From the NCBI RefSeq assembly GCF_002854065.1, contig NZ_CP024147.1: 64,000 bases of DNA; one strand, written 5' to 3'. The notes beneath the pieces were generated by a model. It was given only the letters and a program-made list of their open reading frames with translations, made no database searches and was not told the origin of the DNA. Made by a program: the position numbers and the translations under genes. This stretch comes from Escherichia coli. GTDB taxonomy: Bacteria; Pseudomonadota; Gammaproteobacteria; Enterobacterales; Enterobacteriaceae. Positions 47,093 through 57,250 of this stretch are shown piece after piece; the first letter of the stretch is position 1, and every line of letters starts with the position of its first letter.

Positions 47093-48502
47093 TTAGACGC
47101 TGTAGTACAGCTCAAACTCTACCGGATGCGGAGTCATACGCACGCGGTCATCTTCTTCGCGACGCAGAGCGATGTACGCATCGATCGCTTCATCCGTGAA
47201 CACGCCACCGGCTTTCAGGAACTCGCGGTCCAGATCCAGCTCGTTCAGTGCTTCTTCCAGAGAGCCTGCAACTTGTGGGATCTCTTTCGCTTCTTCTGGC
47301 GGCAGGTCATACAGGTTTTTGTCCATGGCTTCGCCCGGATGGATCTTGTTCTTGATGCCATCAAGACCGGCCATCAGCAGGGCAGCAAAGCACAGGTACG
47401 GGTTAGCCGCCGGGTCCGGGAAACGCACTTCGATACGACGCGCTTTCGGAGAAGAAACCACCGGAATACGGATAGACGCAGAACGGTTGCGTGCAGAGTA
47501 AGCCAGCATTACCGGTGCTTCGTAGCCCGGGACCAGACGCTTATAAGAGTTGGTGGTCGGGTTTGCCAGGGCGTTAATCGCTTTAGCGTGTTTGATTACG
47601 CCGCCAATGTAGTACAGCGCCTGCTCAGACAGACCTGCGTATTTGTCGCCTGCGAACAGGTTAACGCCGTTTTTAGACAGAGACATGTGGCAGTGCATAC
47701 CGGAGCCGTTATCACCGAACATCGGTTTTGGCATAAAGGTCGCGGTTTTACCGAAGCGGTGCGCTACGTTGTGCACAACATATTTGTAGATCTGAATTTC
47801 GTCAGCTTTTTTGGTCATGGTATTGAAGCGGGTAGCCACTTCGTTCTGACCAGCAGTCGCTACTTCGTGGTGATGGGCTTCAACCACCAGACCCATCTGT
47901 TCCATCACCAGACACATTTCAGAACGAATATCCTGAGCAGAGTCTACCGGCGGAACCGGGAAGTAACCGCCTTTCACTGCCGGACGGTGACCTTTGTTAC
48001 CACCTTCATATTGGGTGGAGGAGTTCCATGCGCCTTCGATATCGTCGATAGCAACATGAGAACCGGAGATAGATGATCCGAAACGGATGTCATCGAACAG
48101 GAAGAATTCAGGTTCTGGCCCGAACAGTACGGTGTCGGCAATGCCAGTAGAACGCAGGTAATCTTCAGCGCGCTTCGCGATGGAGCGCGGGTCACGGTCA
48201 TAGCCTTGCAGGGTGCCAGGTTCAAGGATGTCGCAACGGATAATCAGGGTGGAGTCGGCGAAGAACGGGTCAATCACTGCGGTGGATGCGTCTGGCATCA
48301 GCACCATGTCGGATTCGTTAATGCCTTTCCAGCCGCCAATCGAGGAGCCGTCAAACATTTTGCCTTCTTCGAAGAATTCAGCATTCACCTGATGAGCAGG
48401 GATAGTGACGTGCTGTTCTTTACCTTTGGTATCGGTGAAGCGCAAATCAACAAACTTCACTTCGTGCTCGTTCAGCATCGTCAGTACGTGTTCAGCGGAC
48501 AT
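47093..48502 (-). CDS. glnA: Glutamine synthetase
   Basis: 469-aa [31 protein letters not shown]. Confidence 0.97.
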
Positions 48503-48585
48503 ACTTTAACTCTCCTGGATTGGTCATTGTCGTCGTGGTAACGAAATCTGCAATTATTTTGGCCGTGTCGCCGTAAAAAAGATAA

Positions 48586-48602
48586 AGCGAAAACTGTGCC
48601 AA
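48586..48602 (-). promoter_or_regulatory. glnAp2 sigma54 promoter (-24 GG / -12 GC)
   Basis: Minus strand reads ttggcacagttttcgct; located just upstream of glnA. Confidence 0.7.
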
Positions 48603-48654
48603 CTTTTAAATTGCCCCTAAAAGGCGTTATCATGCTTAACATCGTGCAAAAGGG

Positions 48655-48726
48655 CTGCACCATGATGTGAATGTTGCACCAATATAGTGCTTCAATGGAA
48701 ACATTAAGCACCATATTGGTGCAATG
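48655..48726. promoter_or_regulatory. NtrC enhancer sites upstream of glnA
   Basis: Repeated tgcacc(a)...tggtgca dyads. Confidence 0.6.
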
Positions 48727-48874
48727 ACCTTTGGATAACCCTTTTTATGCTCCGTGAAAGCGATCACAAAGGGACTCTGCAATACTTGTTTGCGGAGGAT
48801 GTTTGTGATCCTGTTTTGTAGTGCGATTAATCCGTGTACAATAACGCGCTATTTCTAATGCCTGAGGCAAAGTT

Positions 48875-50698
48875 GTGATCGAAAAATTGCGTAATATCGC
48901 CATCATCGCGCACGTAGACCATGGTAAAACCACCCTGGTAGACAAGCTGCTCCAACAATCCGGTACGTTCGACTCTCGTGCCGAAACCCAAGAGCGCGTG
49001 ATGGACTCCAACGATTTGGAGAAAGAGCGTGGGATTACCATCCTCGCGAAAAACACCGCTATCAAATGGAATGATTACCGTATCAACATCGTTGATACCC
49101 CGGGGCACGCCGACTTCGGTGGTGAAGTTGAACGTGTAATGTCCATGGTAGACTCAGTGCTGCTGGTGGTTGACGCATTTGACGGCCCGATGCCGCAAAC
49201 GCGCTTCGTAACCAAAAAAGCGTTTGCTTACGGCCTGAAGCCGATTGTTGTTATCAACAAAGTTGACCGCCCTGGCGCGCGTCCTGATTGGGTTGTGGAT
49301 CAGGTATTCGATCTGTTCGTTAACCTCGACGCGACCGACGAGCAGCTGGACTTCCCGATCGTTTACGCTTCTGCGCTGAACGGTATCGCGGGTCTGGACC
49401 ACGAAGATATGGCGGAAGACATGACCCCGCTGTATCAGGCGATTGTTGACCACGTTCCTGCGCCGGACGTTGACCTTGACGGTCCGTTCCAGATGCAGAT
49501 TTCTCAGCTCGATTACAACAGCTATGTTGGCGTTATCGGCATTGGCCGCATCAAGCGCGGTAAAGTGAAGCCGAACCAGCAGGTTACTATCATCGATAGC
49601 GAAGGCAAAACCCGCAACGCGAAAGTCGGTAAAGTGCTGGGCCACCTCGGTCTGGAACGTATCGAAACCGATCTGGCGGAAGCTGGCGATATCGTAGCGA
49701 TCACGGGCCTGGGCGAACTGAATATTTCTGATACCGTTTGCGACACGCAAAATGTGGAAGCGCTGCCGGCACTCTCCGTTGATGAGCCGACCGTTTCTAT
49801 GTTCTTCTGCGTTAACACCTCGCCGTTCTGCGGTAAAGAAGGTAAGTTCGTAACGTCTCGTCAGATCCTGGATCGTCTGAACAAAGAACTGGTACACAAC
49901 GTTGCGCTGCGCGTAGAAGAAACCGAAGACGCCGATGCGTTCCGCGTTTCTGGTCGTGGCGAACTGCACCTGTCTGTTCTTATCGAAAACATGCGTCGTG
50001 AAGGTTTTGAACTGGCGGTATCCCGTCCGAAAGTAATCTTCCGTGAAATCGACGGTCGTAAACAAGAGCCTTACGAAAACGTGACGCTGGACGTTGAAGA
50101 ACAGCATCAGGGTTCTGTAATGCAGGCGCTGGGCGAACGTAAAGGCGACCTGAAAAACATGAATCCAGACGGTAAAGGCCGCGTACGTCTCGACTACGTG
50201 ATCCCAAGCCGTGGTCTGATTGGCTTCCGTTCTGAGTTCATGACCATGACTTCCGGTACTGGTCTGCTGTACTCCACCTTCAGCCACTACGACGACGTAC
50301 GTCCGGGTGAAGTGGGTCAGCGTCAGAACGGTGTACTGATCTCTAACGGTCAGGGTAAAGCGGTAGCGTTCGCGCTGTTCGGTCTGCAGGATCGCGGTAA
50401 GCTGTTCCTCGGTCACGGTGCAGAAGTTTACGAAGGTCAGATTATCGGTATTCATAGCCGCTCTAACGACCTGACTGTAAACTGCCTGACCGGTAAGAAA
50501 CTGACCAACATGCGTGCTTCCGGTACTGACGAAGCCGTTGTTCTGGTTCCGCCTATCCGCATGACTCTGGAACAAGCTCTGGAGTTCATCGATGATGACG
50601 AACTGGTAGAAGTGACTCCGACCTCTATCCGTATTCGTAAACGTCACCTGACGGAAAACGATCGTCGTCGCGCCAACCGCGCACCGAAAGACGATTAA
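48875..50698 (+). CDS. typA: Ribosome-associated translational GTPase BipA/TypA
   Basis: 607-aa ORF with GTG start; G1 motif AHVDHGKTT. Confidence 0.95.
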   Translation: MIEKLRNIAIIAHVDHGKTTLVDKLLQQSGTFDSRAETQERVMDSNDLEKERGITILAKNTAIKWNDYRINIVDTPGHADFGGEVERVMSMVDSVLLVVDAFDGPMPQTRFVTKKAFAYGLKPIVVINKVDRPGARPDWVVDQVFDLFVNLDATDEQLDFPIVYASALNGIAGLDHEDMAEDMTPLYQAIVDHVPAPDVDLDGPFQMQISQLDYNSYVGVIGIGRIKRGKVKPNQQVTIIDSEGKTRNAKVGKVLGHLGLERIETDLAEAGDIVAITGLGELNISDTVCDTQNVEALPALSVDEPTVSMFFCVNTSPFCGKEGKFVTSRQILDRLNKELVHNVALRVEETEDADAFRVSGRGELHLSVLIENMRREGFELAVSRPKVIFREIDGRKQEPYENVTLDVEEQHQGSVMQALGERKGDLKNMNPDGKGRVRLDYVIPSRGLIGFRSEFMTMTSGTGLLYSTFSHYDDVRPGEVGQRQNGVLISNGQGKAVAFALFGLQDRGKLFLGHGAEVYEGQIIGIHSRSNDLTVNCLTGKKLTNMRASGTDEAVVLVPPIRMTLEQALEFIDDDELVEVTPTSIRIRKRHLTENDRRRANRAPKDD

Positions 50699-50715
50699 TT
50701 TCGTTTTTTAGTCAT

Positions 50716-50748
50716 AAAAAACCTGCCAGCGATGGCAGGTTTTTTTTT
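50716..50748 (+). terminator. typA rho-independent terminator
   Basis: Hairpin aaaaacctgccagcgatggcaggt followed by tttttttt. Confidence 0.7.
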
Positions 50749-50914
50749 GCCTGTCGTGAGCGCACACCAATGCGAGTATCTCCCTTATAAGTCTGTGGTT
50801 ACGTCAATAGAGAGCTTTGTCACAATTATCTGCAAAGTCATACGCCGTTAATTGCTTTCTTTTTTGGCGTAAGCGTAAGATGCTTCATCTGGTTTAAACC
50901 AAAAGGATTAAACA

Positions 50915-51550
50915 ATGGCGGAGAATCAATCCACCGTAGAAAATGCAAAAGAGAAACTGGATCGGTGGTTGAAAGATGGCATCACCACGCCGGGTGGAAA
51001 ACTCCCTTCAGAAAGAGAGCTGGGAGAACTGCTGGGCATTAAACGTATGACGCTGCGCCAGGCGTTGTTGAACCTCGAGGCAGAATCCAAAATCTTCCGT
51101 AAGGATCGTAAGGGGTGGTTCGTGACCCAGCCGCGATTTAATTACAGTCCGGAGCTGTCGGCGAGCTTTCAGCGGGCCGCAATTGAGCAAGGGCGAGAGC
51201 CTTCCTGGGGGTTTACCGAGAAAAACCGTACCAGCGATATTCCCGAGACGCTCGCGCCACTGATTGCAGTGACGCCATCAACTGAACTCTATCGCATCAC
51301 CGGCTGGGGGGCGCTGGAAGGACATAAAGTTTTCTATCACGAAACATATATTAATCCTGAAGTTGCTCCGGGCTTTATTGAACAACTTGAAAACCACTCA
51401 TTTTCTGCAGTCTGGGAAAAGTGCTACCAAAAAGAGACGGTAGTAAAAAAATTGATTTTCAAACCCGTCAGAATGCCGGGCGATATCAGCAAGTATCTTG
51501 GCGGTTCTGCGGGTATGCCAGCGATATTAATTGAAAAGCATCGCGCCGAC
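50915..51550 (+). pseudogene. yihL: yihL (GntR-family regulator) truncated at codon 212 by IS1
   Basis: ORF 50915..51577 runs into the IS1 left end and stops after 7 IS1-encoded codons (GDAANLLI); HTH N-terminus intact. Confidence 0.75.
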
Positions 51551-51605
51551 GGTGATGCTGCCAACTTACTGATTTAGTGTATGATGGTGTCTTTGAGGTG
51601 CTCCA

Positions 51606-51881
51606 GTGGCTTCTGTTTCTATCAGCTGTCCCTCCTGTTCAGCTACTGACGGGGTGGTGCGTAACGGCAAAAGCACTGCCGGACATCAGCGCTATCTCTG
51701 CTCTCACTGCCGTAAAACATGGCAACTGCAGTTCACTTACACCGCTTCTCAACCCGGTACGCACCAGAAAATCATTGATATGGCCATGAATGGCGTTGGA
51801 TGCCGGGCAACCGCCCGCATTATGGGCGTTGGCCTCAACACGATTTTCCGCCATTTAAAAAACTCAGGCCGCAGTCGGTAA
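51606..51881 (+). CDS. insA: IS1 InsA
   Basis: Protein identical to copy 1 InsA. Confidence 0.9.
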   Translation: MASVSISCPSCSATDGVVRNGKSTAGHQRYLCSHCRKTWQLQFTYTASQPGTHQKIIDMAMNGVGCRATARIMGVGLNTIFRHLKNSGRSR

Positions 51882-52303
51882 CCTCGCGCATACAGCCGGG
51901 CAGTGACGTCATCGTCTGCGCGGAAATGGACGAACAGTGGGGATACGTCGGGGCTAAATCGCGCCAGCGCTGGCTGTTTTACGCGTATGACAGGCTCCGG
52001 AAGACGGTTGTTGCGCACGTATTCGGTGAACGCACTATGGCGACGCTGGGGCGTCTTATGAGCCTGCTGTCACCCTTTGACGTGGTGATATGGATGACGG
52101 ATGGCTGGCCGCTGTATGAATCCCGCCTGAAGGGAAAGCTGCACGTAATCAGCAAGCGATATACGCAGCGAATTGAGCGGCATAACCTGAATCTGAGGCA
52201 GCACCTGGCACGGCTGGGACGGAAGTCGCTGTCGTTCTCAAAATCGGTGGAGCTGCATGACAAAGTCATCGGGCATTATCTGAACATAAAACACTATCAA
52301 TAA
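51800..52303 (+). CDS. insB: IS1 InsB reading frame
   Basis: Protein identical to copy 1 InsB. Confidence 0.85.
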   Translation: MPGNRPHYGRWPQHDFPPFKKLRPQSVTSRIQPGSDVIVCAEMDEQWGYVGAKSRQRWLFYAYDRLRKTVVAHVFGERTMATLGRLMSLLSPFDVVIWMTDGWPLYESRLKGKLHVISKRYTQRIERHNLNLRQHLARLGRKSLSFSKSVELHDKVIGHYLNIKHYQ

Positions 52304-52318
52304 GTTGGAGTCATTACC

Positions 52319-53306
52319 GCCGGGGTATTGGGGCATCCTCTTTGTCTGGGCGCTATTTGGCGTTACTTGCGACATGATGAACTGGCCGGTCTTACTCAAG
52401 TCGGTAAGTCGATTGGGCAATAGCGAACAACAAGGTCGGTTGTTTGGCTTCTTCGAAACAGGGCGTGGCATTGTCGATACCGTGGTGGCATTTTCTGCGT
52501 TGGCAGTATTTACCTGGTTTGGCAGTGGCTTATTGGGTTTTAAAGCAGGCATCTGGTTCTATTCCCTTATTGTGATTGCCGTAGGCATTATTATTTTCTT
52601 TGTCCTGAATGACAAAGAAGAGGCACCGTCCGTTGAGGTGAAAAAAGAAGACGGAGCATCGCAAAACACCAGTATGACCTCGGTGCTGAAAGACAAAACT
52701 ATCTGGCTTATCGCTTTCAACGTCTTCTTCGTTTACGCGGTTTACTGTGGCCTGACATTCTTCATTCCATTCCTGAAAAACATCTATCTATTGCCCGTTG
52801 CGCTGGTGGGGGCTTACGGCATCATTAACCAATACTGTCTGAAAATGATTGGTGGACCGATTGGTGGCATGATTTCAGATAAGATCCTGAAATCGCCGAG
52901 TAAATATCTATGCTACACCTTTATCATCAGTACCGCTGCGCTCGTACTGTTGATTATGCTGCCGCACGAAAGTATGCCGGTCTATTTAGGGATGGCATGT
53001 ACGCTGGGCTTTGGCGCGATAGTCTTTACACAGCGAGCCGTATTTTTTGCACCTATCGGCGAAGCAAAAATTGCTGAAAATAAAACAGGCGCGGTGATGG
53101 CGTTGGGTAGCTTTATTGGTTACGCCCCGGCGATGTTCTGCTTTAGTCTGTATGGCTACATTCTGGATTTAAATCCGGGGATTATTGGCTACAAAATCGT
53201 GTTTGGCATTATGGCCTGCTTCGCATTCTGTGGTGCGGTGGTTTCCGTAATGCTGGTTAAGCGTATTAGCCAACGTAAGAAAGAGATGCTGGCGGCTGAA
53301 GCTTAA
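52319..53306 (+). pseudogene. yihN: MFS-type transporter gene 3' portion (yihN-like), 5' end replaced by IS1
   Basis: ORF 52305..53306 starts inside IS1; multi-TM C-terminal region; no start codon or promoter of its own. Confidence 0.65.
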
Positions 53307-53310
53307 TTAA

Positions 53311-53367
53311 TGGCCGGATGTGCTTAATCCGGCCAAAAAAAATCCGCTGAATCCCCAGCGGATTTTT
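53311..53367. terminator. Bidirectional terminator (two hairpins with A-run and T-run)
   Basis: ggccggatgtgcttaatccggcc aaaaaaaa tccgctgaatccccagcggat ttttt. Confidence 0.55.
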
Positions 53368-53427
53368 CGAAGTTTCAATTTCAGGATACTTCTTGCTCGG
53401 CAACTACCAGTTCAACATTCTCTTCAC

Positions 53428-53766
53428 TTAACAACTGGCAGAAAGAATTGGGAGGCGGGGCATCAGTAAAAAAAGCCCTGACATTCCGTGCATTGCCAAC
53501 GCTACCGCGCCGTGAAAAACATCGCCTGCTCCAGTCGTATCAACCACATTGACAGAAAATGCATCCTGTTGACACAAATGATCATCTTTAATCCACAATG
53601 AATCTTCAGAACCCAGCGTGACATACACTTTACCCGCAGTTTGTGTCGTTGCCTGGTACAAACCTTCTTCAGGTGACTGCAGGCCAGTCATGCGTTTCCG
53701 CCCTGGCGTTGAGAACACGGCGTGATCAGTAAGCGCGACAAGTGGATAAATATCCTGCGGTGTCAT
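53428..53766 (-). pseudogene. PfkB-family sugar kinase gene fragment (yihV-like)
   Basis: 112-aa ORF with ribokinase-family motif VVDTTGAGDVFHGA; lacks N-terminal half; C-terminus after a T7 run looks frameshifted. Confidence 0.55.
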
Positions 53767-53955
53767 ATCGTCGCTGGTTATCGAAACTCGTTGGCAATTT
53801 ACACCTGAATCTTAACCATTCATCTATTGCGAAAAAGCCAGTGAAATTACTCTGCTTTTTCGCAATCAGCATCACAAGATTACCCTTATTGCCACATAGC
53901 CAAACCCATCCTTTCCCGCTACAGTTAATTTCTTGTGGCGCGAAAGGAGGCAAAA

Positions 53956-54555
53956 ATGCTCTATATCTTTGATTTAGGTAATGTGATTGTCGATATCGAC
54001 TTTAACCGTGTGCTGGGAGCCTGGAGCGATTTAACGCGTATTCCGCTGGCTACGCTTAAGAAGAGTTTTCATATGGGGGAGGCGTTTCATCAGCATGAGC
54101 GCGGGGAAATTAGCGACGAAGCGTTCGCAGAGGCGCTGTGTCATGAGATGGCTCTACCGCTAAGCTACGAGCAGTTCTCTCACGGCTGGCAGGCGGTGTT
54201 TGTTGCGCTGCGCCCGGAAGTGATCGCCATCATGCATAAACTGCGTGAGCAGGGGCATCGCGTGGTGGTGCTTTCCAATACCAACCGCCTGCATACCACC
54301 TTCTGGCCGGAAGAATACCCGGAAATTCGTGATGCTGCTGACCATATCTATCTGTCGCAAGATCTGGGGATGCGCAAACCTGAAGCACGAATTTACCAGC
54401 ATGTTTTGCAGGCAGAAGGTTTTTCACCCAGCGATACGGTCTTTTTCGACGATAACGCCGATAATATAGAAGGAGCTAATCATCTAGGCATTACCAGTAT
54501 TCTGGTGAAAGATAAAACCACCATCCCGGACTATTTCGCGAAGGTGTTATGCTAA
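53956..54555 (+). CDS. yihX: HAD-family alpha-D-glucose-1-phosphate phosphatase YihX
   Basis: ORF trimmed to [16 protein letters not shown] with SD aaggagg; 199 aa. Confidence 0.9.
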
Positions 54556-55421
54556 AAACCATTCAGGACAAAGCCAGGCACCGTACCCGTCCGCTATGGG
54601 CCTGGCTGAAACTACTCTGGCAACGCATTGATGAGGACAATATGACAACCCTGGCAGGTAACCTTGCCTATGTGTCGTTGCTCTCATTAGTGCCGCTGGT
54701 TGCCGTTGTTTTTGCGCTTTTCGCCGCTTTTCCCATGTTTTCCGACGTCAGCATTCAGTTGCGTCACTTTATTTTTGCCAACTTTCTGCCTGCTACTGGC
54801 GATGTTATTCAGCGGTATATCGAACAATTTGTTGCCAATTCCAACAAGATGACCGCCGTTGGCGCGTGCGGGCTGATCGTCACCGCGTTATTGTTGATGT
54901 ACTCCATCGATAGCGCGTTGAATACCATCTGGCGCAGTAAACGAGCGCGACCAAAAATTTACTCGTTTGCCGTGTACTGGATGATTTTAACGCTGGGGCC
55001 GCTGCTGGCAGGGGCCAGTCTGGCGATCAGTTCCTATTTGCTCTCCCTACGCTGGGCGAGCGATCTCAATACTGTCATCGACAACGTGCTGCGTATTTTT
55101 CCGCTGCTGTTGTCGTGGATCTCCTTCTGGTTGCTGTACAGCATTGTTCCAACCATCCGCGTACCTAACCGCGACGCGATTGTCGGCGCGTTTGTCGCAG
55201 CACTCCTGTTCGAAGCAGGAAAGAAAGGTTTCGCGCTTTATATCACCATGTTCCCGTCATATCAGCTCATTTACGGCGTGCTGGCGGTGATCCCCATTCT
55301 CTTTGTTTGGGTCTACTGGACATGGTGTATCGTCTTGCTTGGCGCGGAAATTACTGTCACTCTCGGGGAATACCGCAAACTAAAACAAGCTGCTGAACAA
55401 GAAGAAGACGACGAACCATGA
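54549..55421 (+). CDS. yihY: YihY/BrkB-family inner membrane protein
   Basis: 290-aa multi-TM ORF overlapping the yihX stop. Confidence 0.85.
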
Positions 55422-55855
55422 TTGCATTAATTCAACGCGTAACCCGTGCCAGCGTCACCGTGGAGGGAAAAGTGACGGGCGAAATTGGTGCGGGACTTTT
55501 GGTGTTATTGGGTGTCGAAAAGGATGACGACGAACAGAAAGCAAACCGTCTGTGCGAGCGTGTGCTCGGCTACCGCATCTTTAGCGATGCCGAAGGCAAG
55601 ATGAATCTCAACGTGCAACAGGCGGGCGGCAGTGTGCTGGTGGTTTCCCAGTTTACCCTCGCCGCAGATACCGAACGGGGGATGCGCCCAAGTTTCTCCA
55701 AAGGCGCATCACCGGATCGCGCAGAGGCGTTATATGACTATTTCGTCGAACGCTGCCGTCAGCAAGAGATGAACACGCAAACAGGACGCTTCGCTGCGGA
55801 TATGCAGGTATCGCTGGTCAATGATGGCCCCGTGACATTCTGGTTGCAGGTATGA
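55418..55855 (+). CDS. dtd: D-aminoacyl-tRNA deacylase
   Basis: 145-aa [36 protein letters not shown]. Confidence 0.9.
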
Positions 55856-56841
55856 GCCAGCTTCCAGGGTTGTCACGGGAAACAAGAGAGAGTATCGCTA
55901 TGTATCACCTTCGGGTTCCACAAACAGAAGAAGAATTAGAGCGTTACTATCAGTTTCGCTGGGAAATGTTGCGTAAGCCCCTGCATCAACCAAAAGGTTC
56001 GGAACGCGACGCGTGGGATGCGATGGCGCATCACCAGATGGTCGTCGACGAGCAGGGTAATCTGGTGGCGGTAGGCCGACTGTATATTAATGCCGACAAT
56101 GAAGCGTCCATTCGCTTTATGGCCGTTCATCCCGACGTGCAGGACAAAGGGTTAGGCACGCTGATGGCGATGACCCTGGAGTCGGTGGCGCGTCAGGAAG
56201 GCGTTAAGCGCGTGACCTGTAGCGCCCGTGAAGACGCGGTGGAGTTTTTCGCCAAGCTGGGATTCATTAATCAGGGGGAGATCACCACCCCAACTACCAC
56301 GCCGATTCGCCATTTTTTGATGATTAAACCCGTTGCCACTCTGGATGACATTCTGCATCGCGGTGACTGGTGCGCGCAGCTGCAACAGGCGTGGTACGAA
56401 CATATCCCGTTAAGCGAAAAAATGGGCGTGCGCATTCAGCAATATACCGGGCAAAAATTTATCACTACCATGCCAGAAACCGGCAATCAGAATCCGCACC
56501 ATACGCTGTTTGCCGGGAGTTTATTCTCACTGGCGACGCTCACCGGTTGGGGGCTTATCTGGCTGATGCTGCGTGAACGCCACCTCGGCGGAACGATTAT
56601 TCTGGCGGATGCGCATATCCGCTACAGCAAACCGATTAGCGGTAAACCCCATGCGGTAGCCGACCTTGGTGCCTTAAGCGGCGATCTCGACCGTCTGGCG
56701 CGCGGACGAAAAGCACGGGTGCAGATGCAGGTCGAAATCTTTGGCGACGAGACGCCGGGTGCAGTGTTTGAAGGCACGTATATCGTTCTGCCCGCGAAGC
56801 CATTTGGCCCGTATGAAGAGGGCGGGAACGAAGAAGAGTAG
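55852..56841 (+). CDS. yiiD: GNAT acetyltransferase / thioesterase-like fusion protein YiiD
   Basis: 329-aa ORF overlapping the dtd stop. Confidence 0.85.
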   Translation: MSQLPGLSRETRESIAMYHLRVPQTEEELERYYQFRWEMLRKPLHQPKGSERDAWDAMAHHQMVVDEQGNLVAVGRLYINADNEASIRFMAVHPDVQDKGLGTLMAMTLESVARQEGVKRVTCSAREDAVEFFAKLGFINQGEITTPTTTPIRHFLMIKPVATLDDILHRGDWCAQLQQAWYEHIPLSEKMGVRIQQYTGQKFITTMPETGNQNPHHTLFAGSLFSLATLTGWGLIWLMLRERHLGGTIILADAHIRYSKPISGKPHAVADLGALSGDLDRLARGRKARVQMQVEIFGDETPGAVFEGTYIVLPAKPFGPYEEGGNEEE

Positions 56842-57250
56842 CTGATGGAGAGGGGCGGTGCTGCCTCTCTCATTCAGGTCATTTATATTAGTCCTTGGCT
56901 ATTTCGGTTATATTGAATAAGAACTCTATAAATTTTTATTCTTCGTTGGCTCCATACGTGTCTTGCTACATCACTGTTCAGGAGCATTTAAATATTATTT
57001 GTAGAGCTGTATGGCAATTATCGCAGATAATGCTTAATTCATCATCTTAGTTCATGTTTGAGCGATTTTTGATAGTCAAAACCCCCTCTGGTGCCATACT
57101 TTTCTCATAAATATTTTTAAAATCTATAGCTAACAAATATTATGCAAAGATAATGGGCTGGCATCATTGTCAGTATCATTCATTTACTGCTCTGGATGTT
57201 ATAAATAATTATGTTGTATGTTTGCTCTTAACTGTGGAAAGGAGGCTGTA

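Larger units (their letters stand above)
51551..52318 (+). mobile_element. IS1 copy 2 (768 bp, complete; same orientation as copy 1)
   Basis: Same terminal sequences as copy 1; differs from copy 1 at IS1 position 41 (c versus t); no target-site duplication. Confidence 0.95.

Noticed and set aside
49154-50647. 497-aa ORF on the minus strand
   Set aside because: Entirely antisense to typA, which has the clear GTPase motifs; typical shadow ORF. The same applies to 737..1504 (-), 3754..4434 (-), 10153..10779 (-), 18139..19152 (+), 20716..21702 (-) and 47063..48076 (+), which lie opposite yigM, metE, ubiB, fadA/fadB, pepQ and glnA.
50915-51577. 220-aa ORF as an intact gene
   Set aside because: Its last seven codons and stop are IS1 sequence; it is a truncated yihL fused to the IS1 end.
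52305-53306. 333-aa ORF as an intact transporter gene
   Set aside because: The predicted start lies inside the IS1 right end; it is a 5'-truncated gene remnant.
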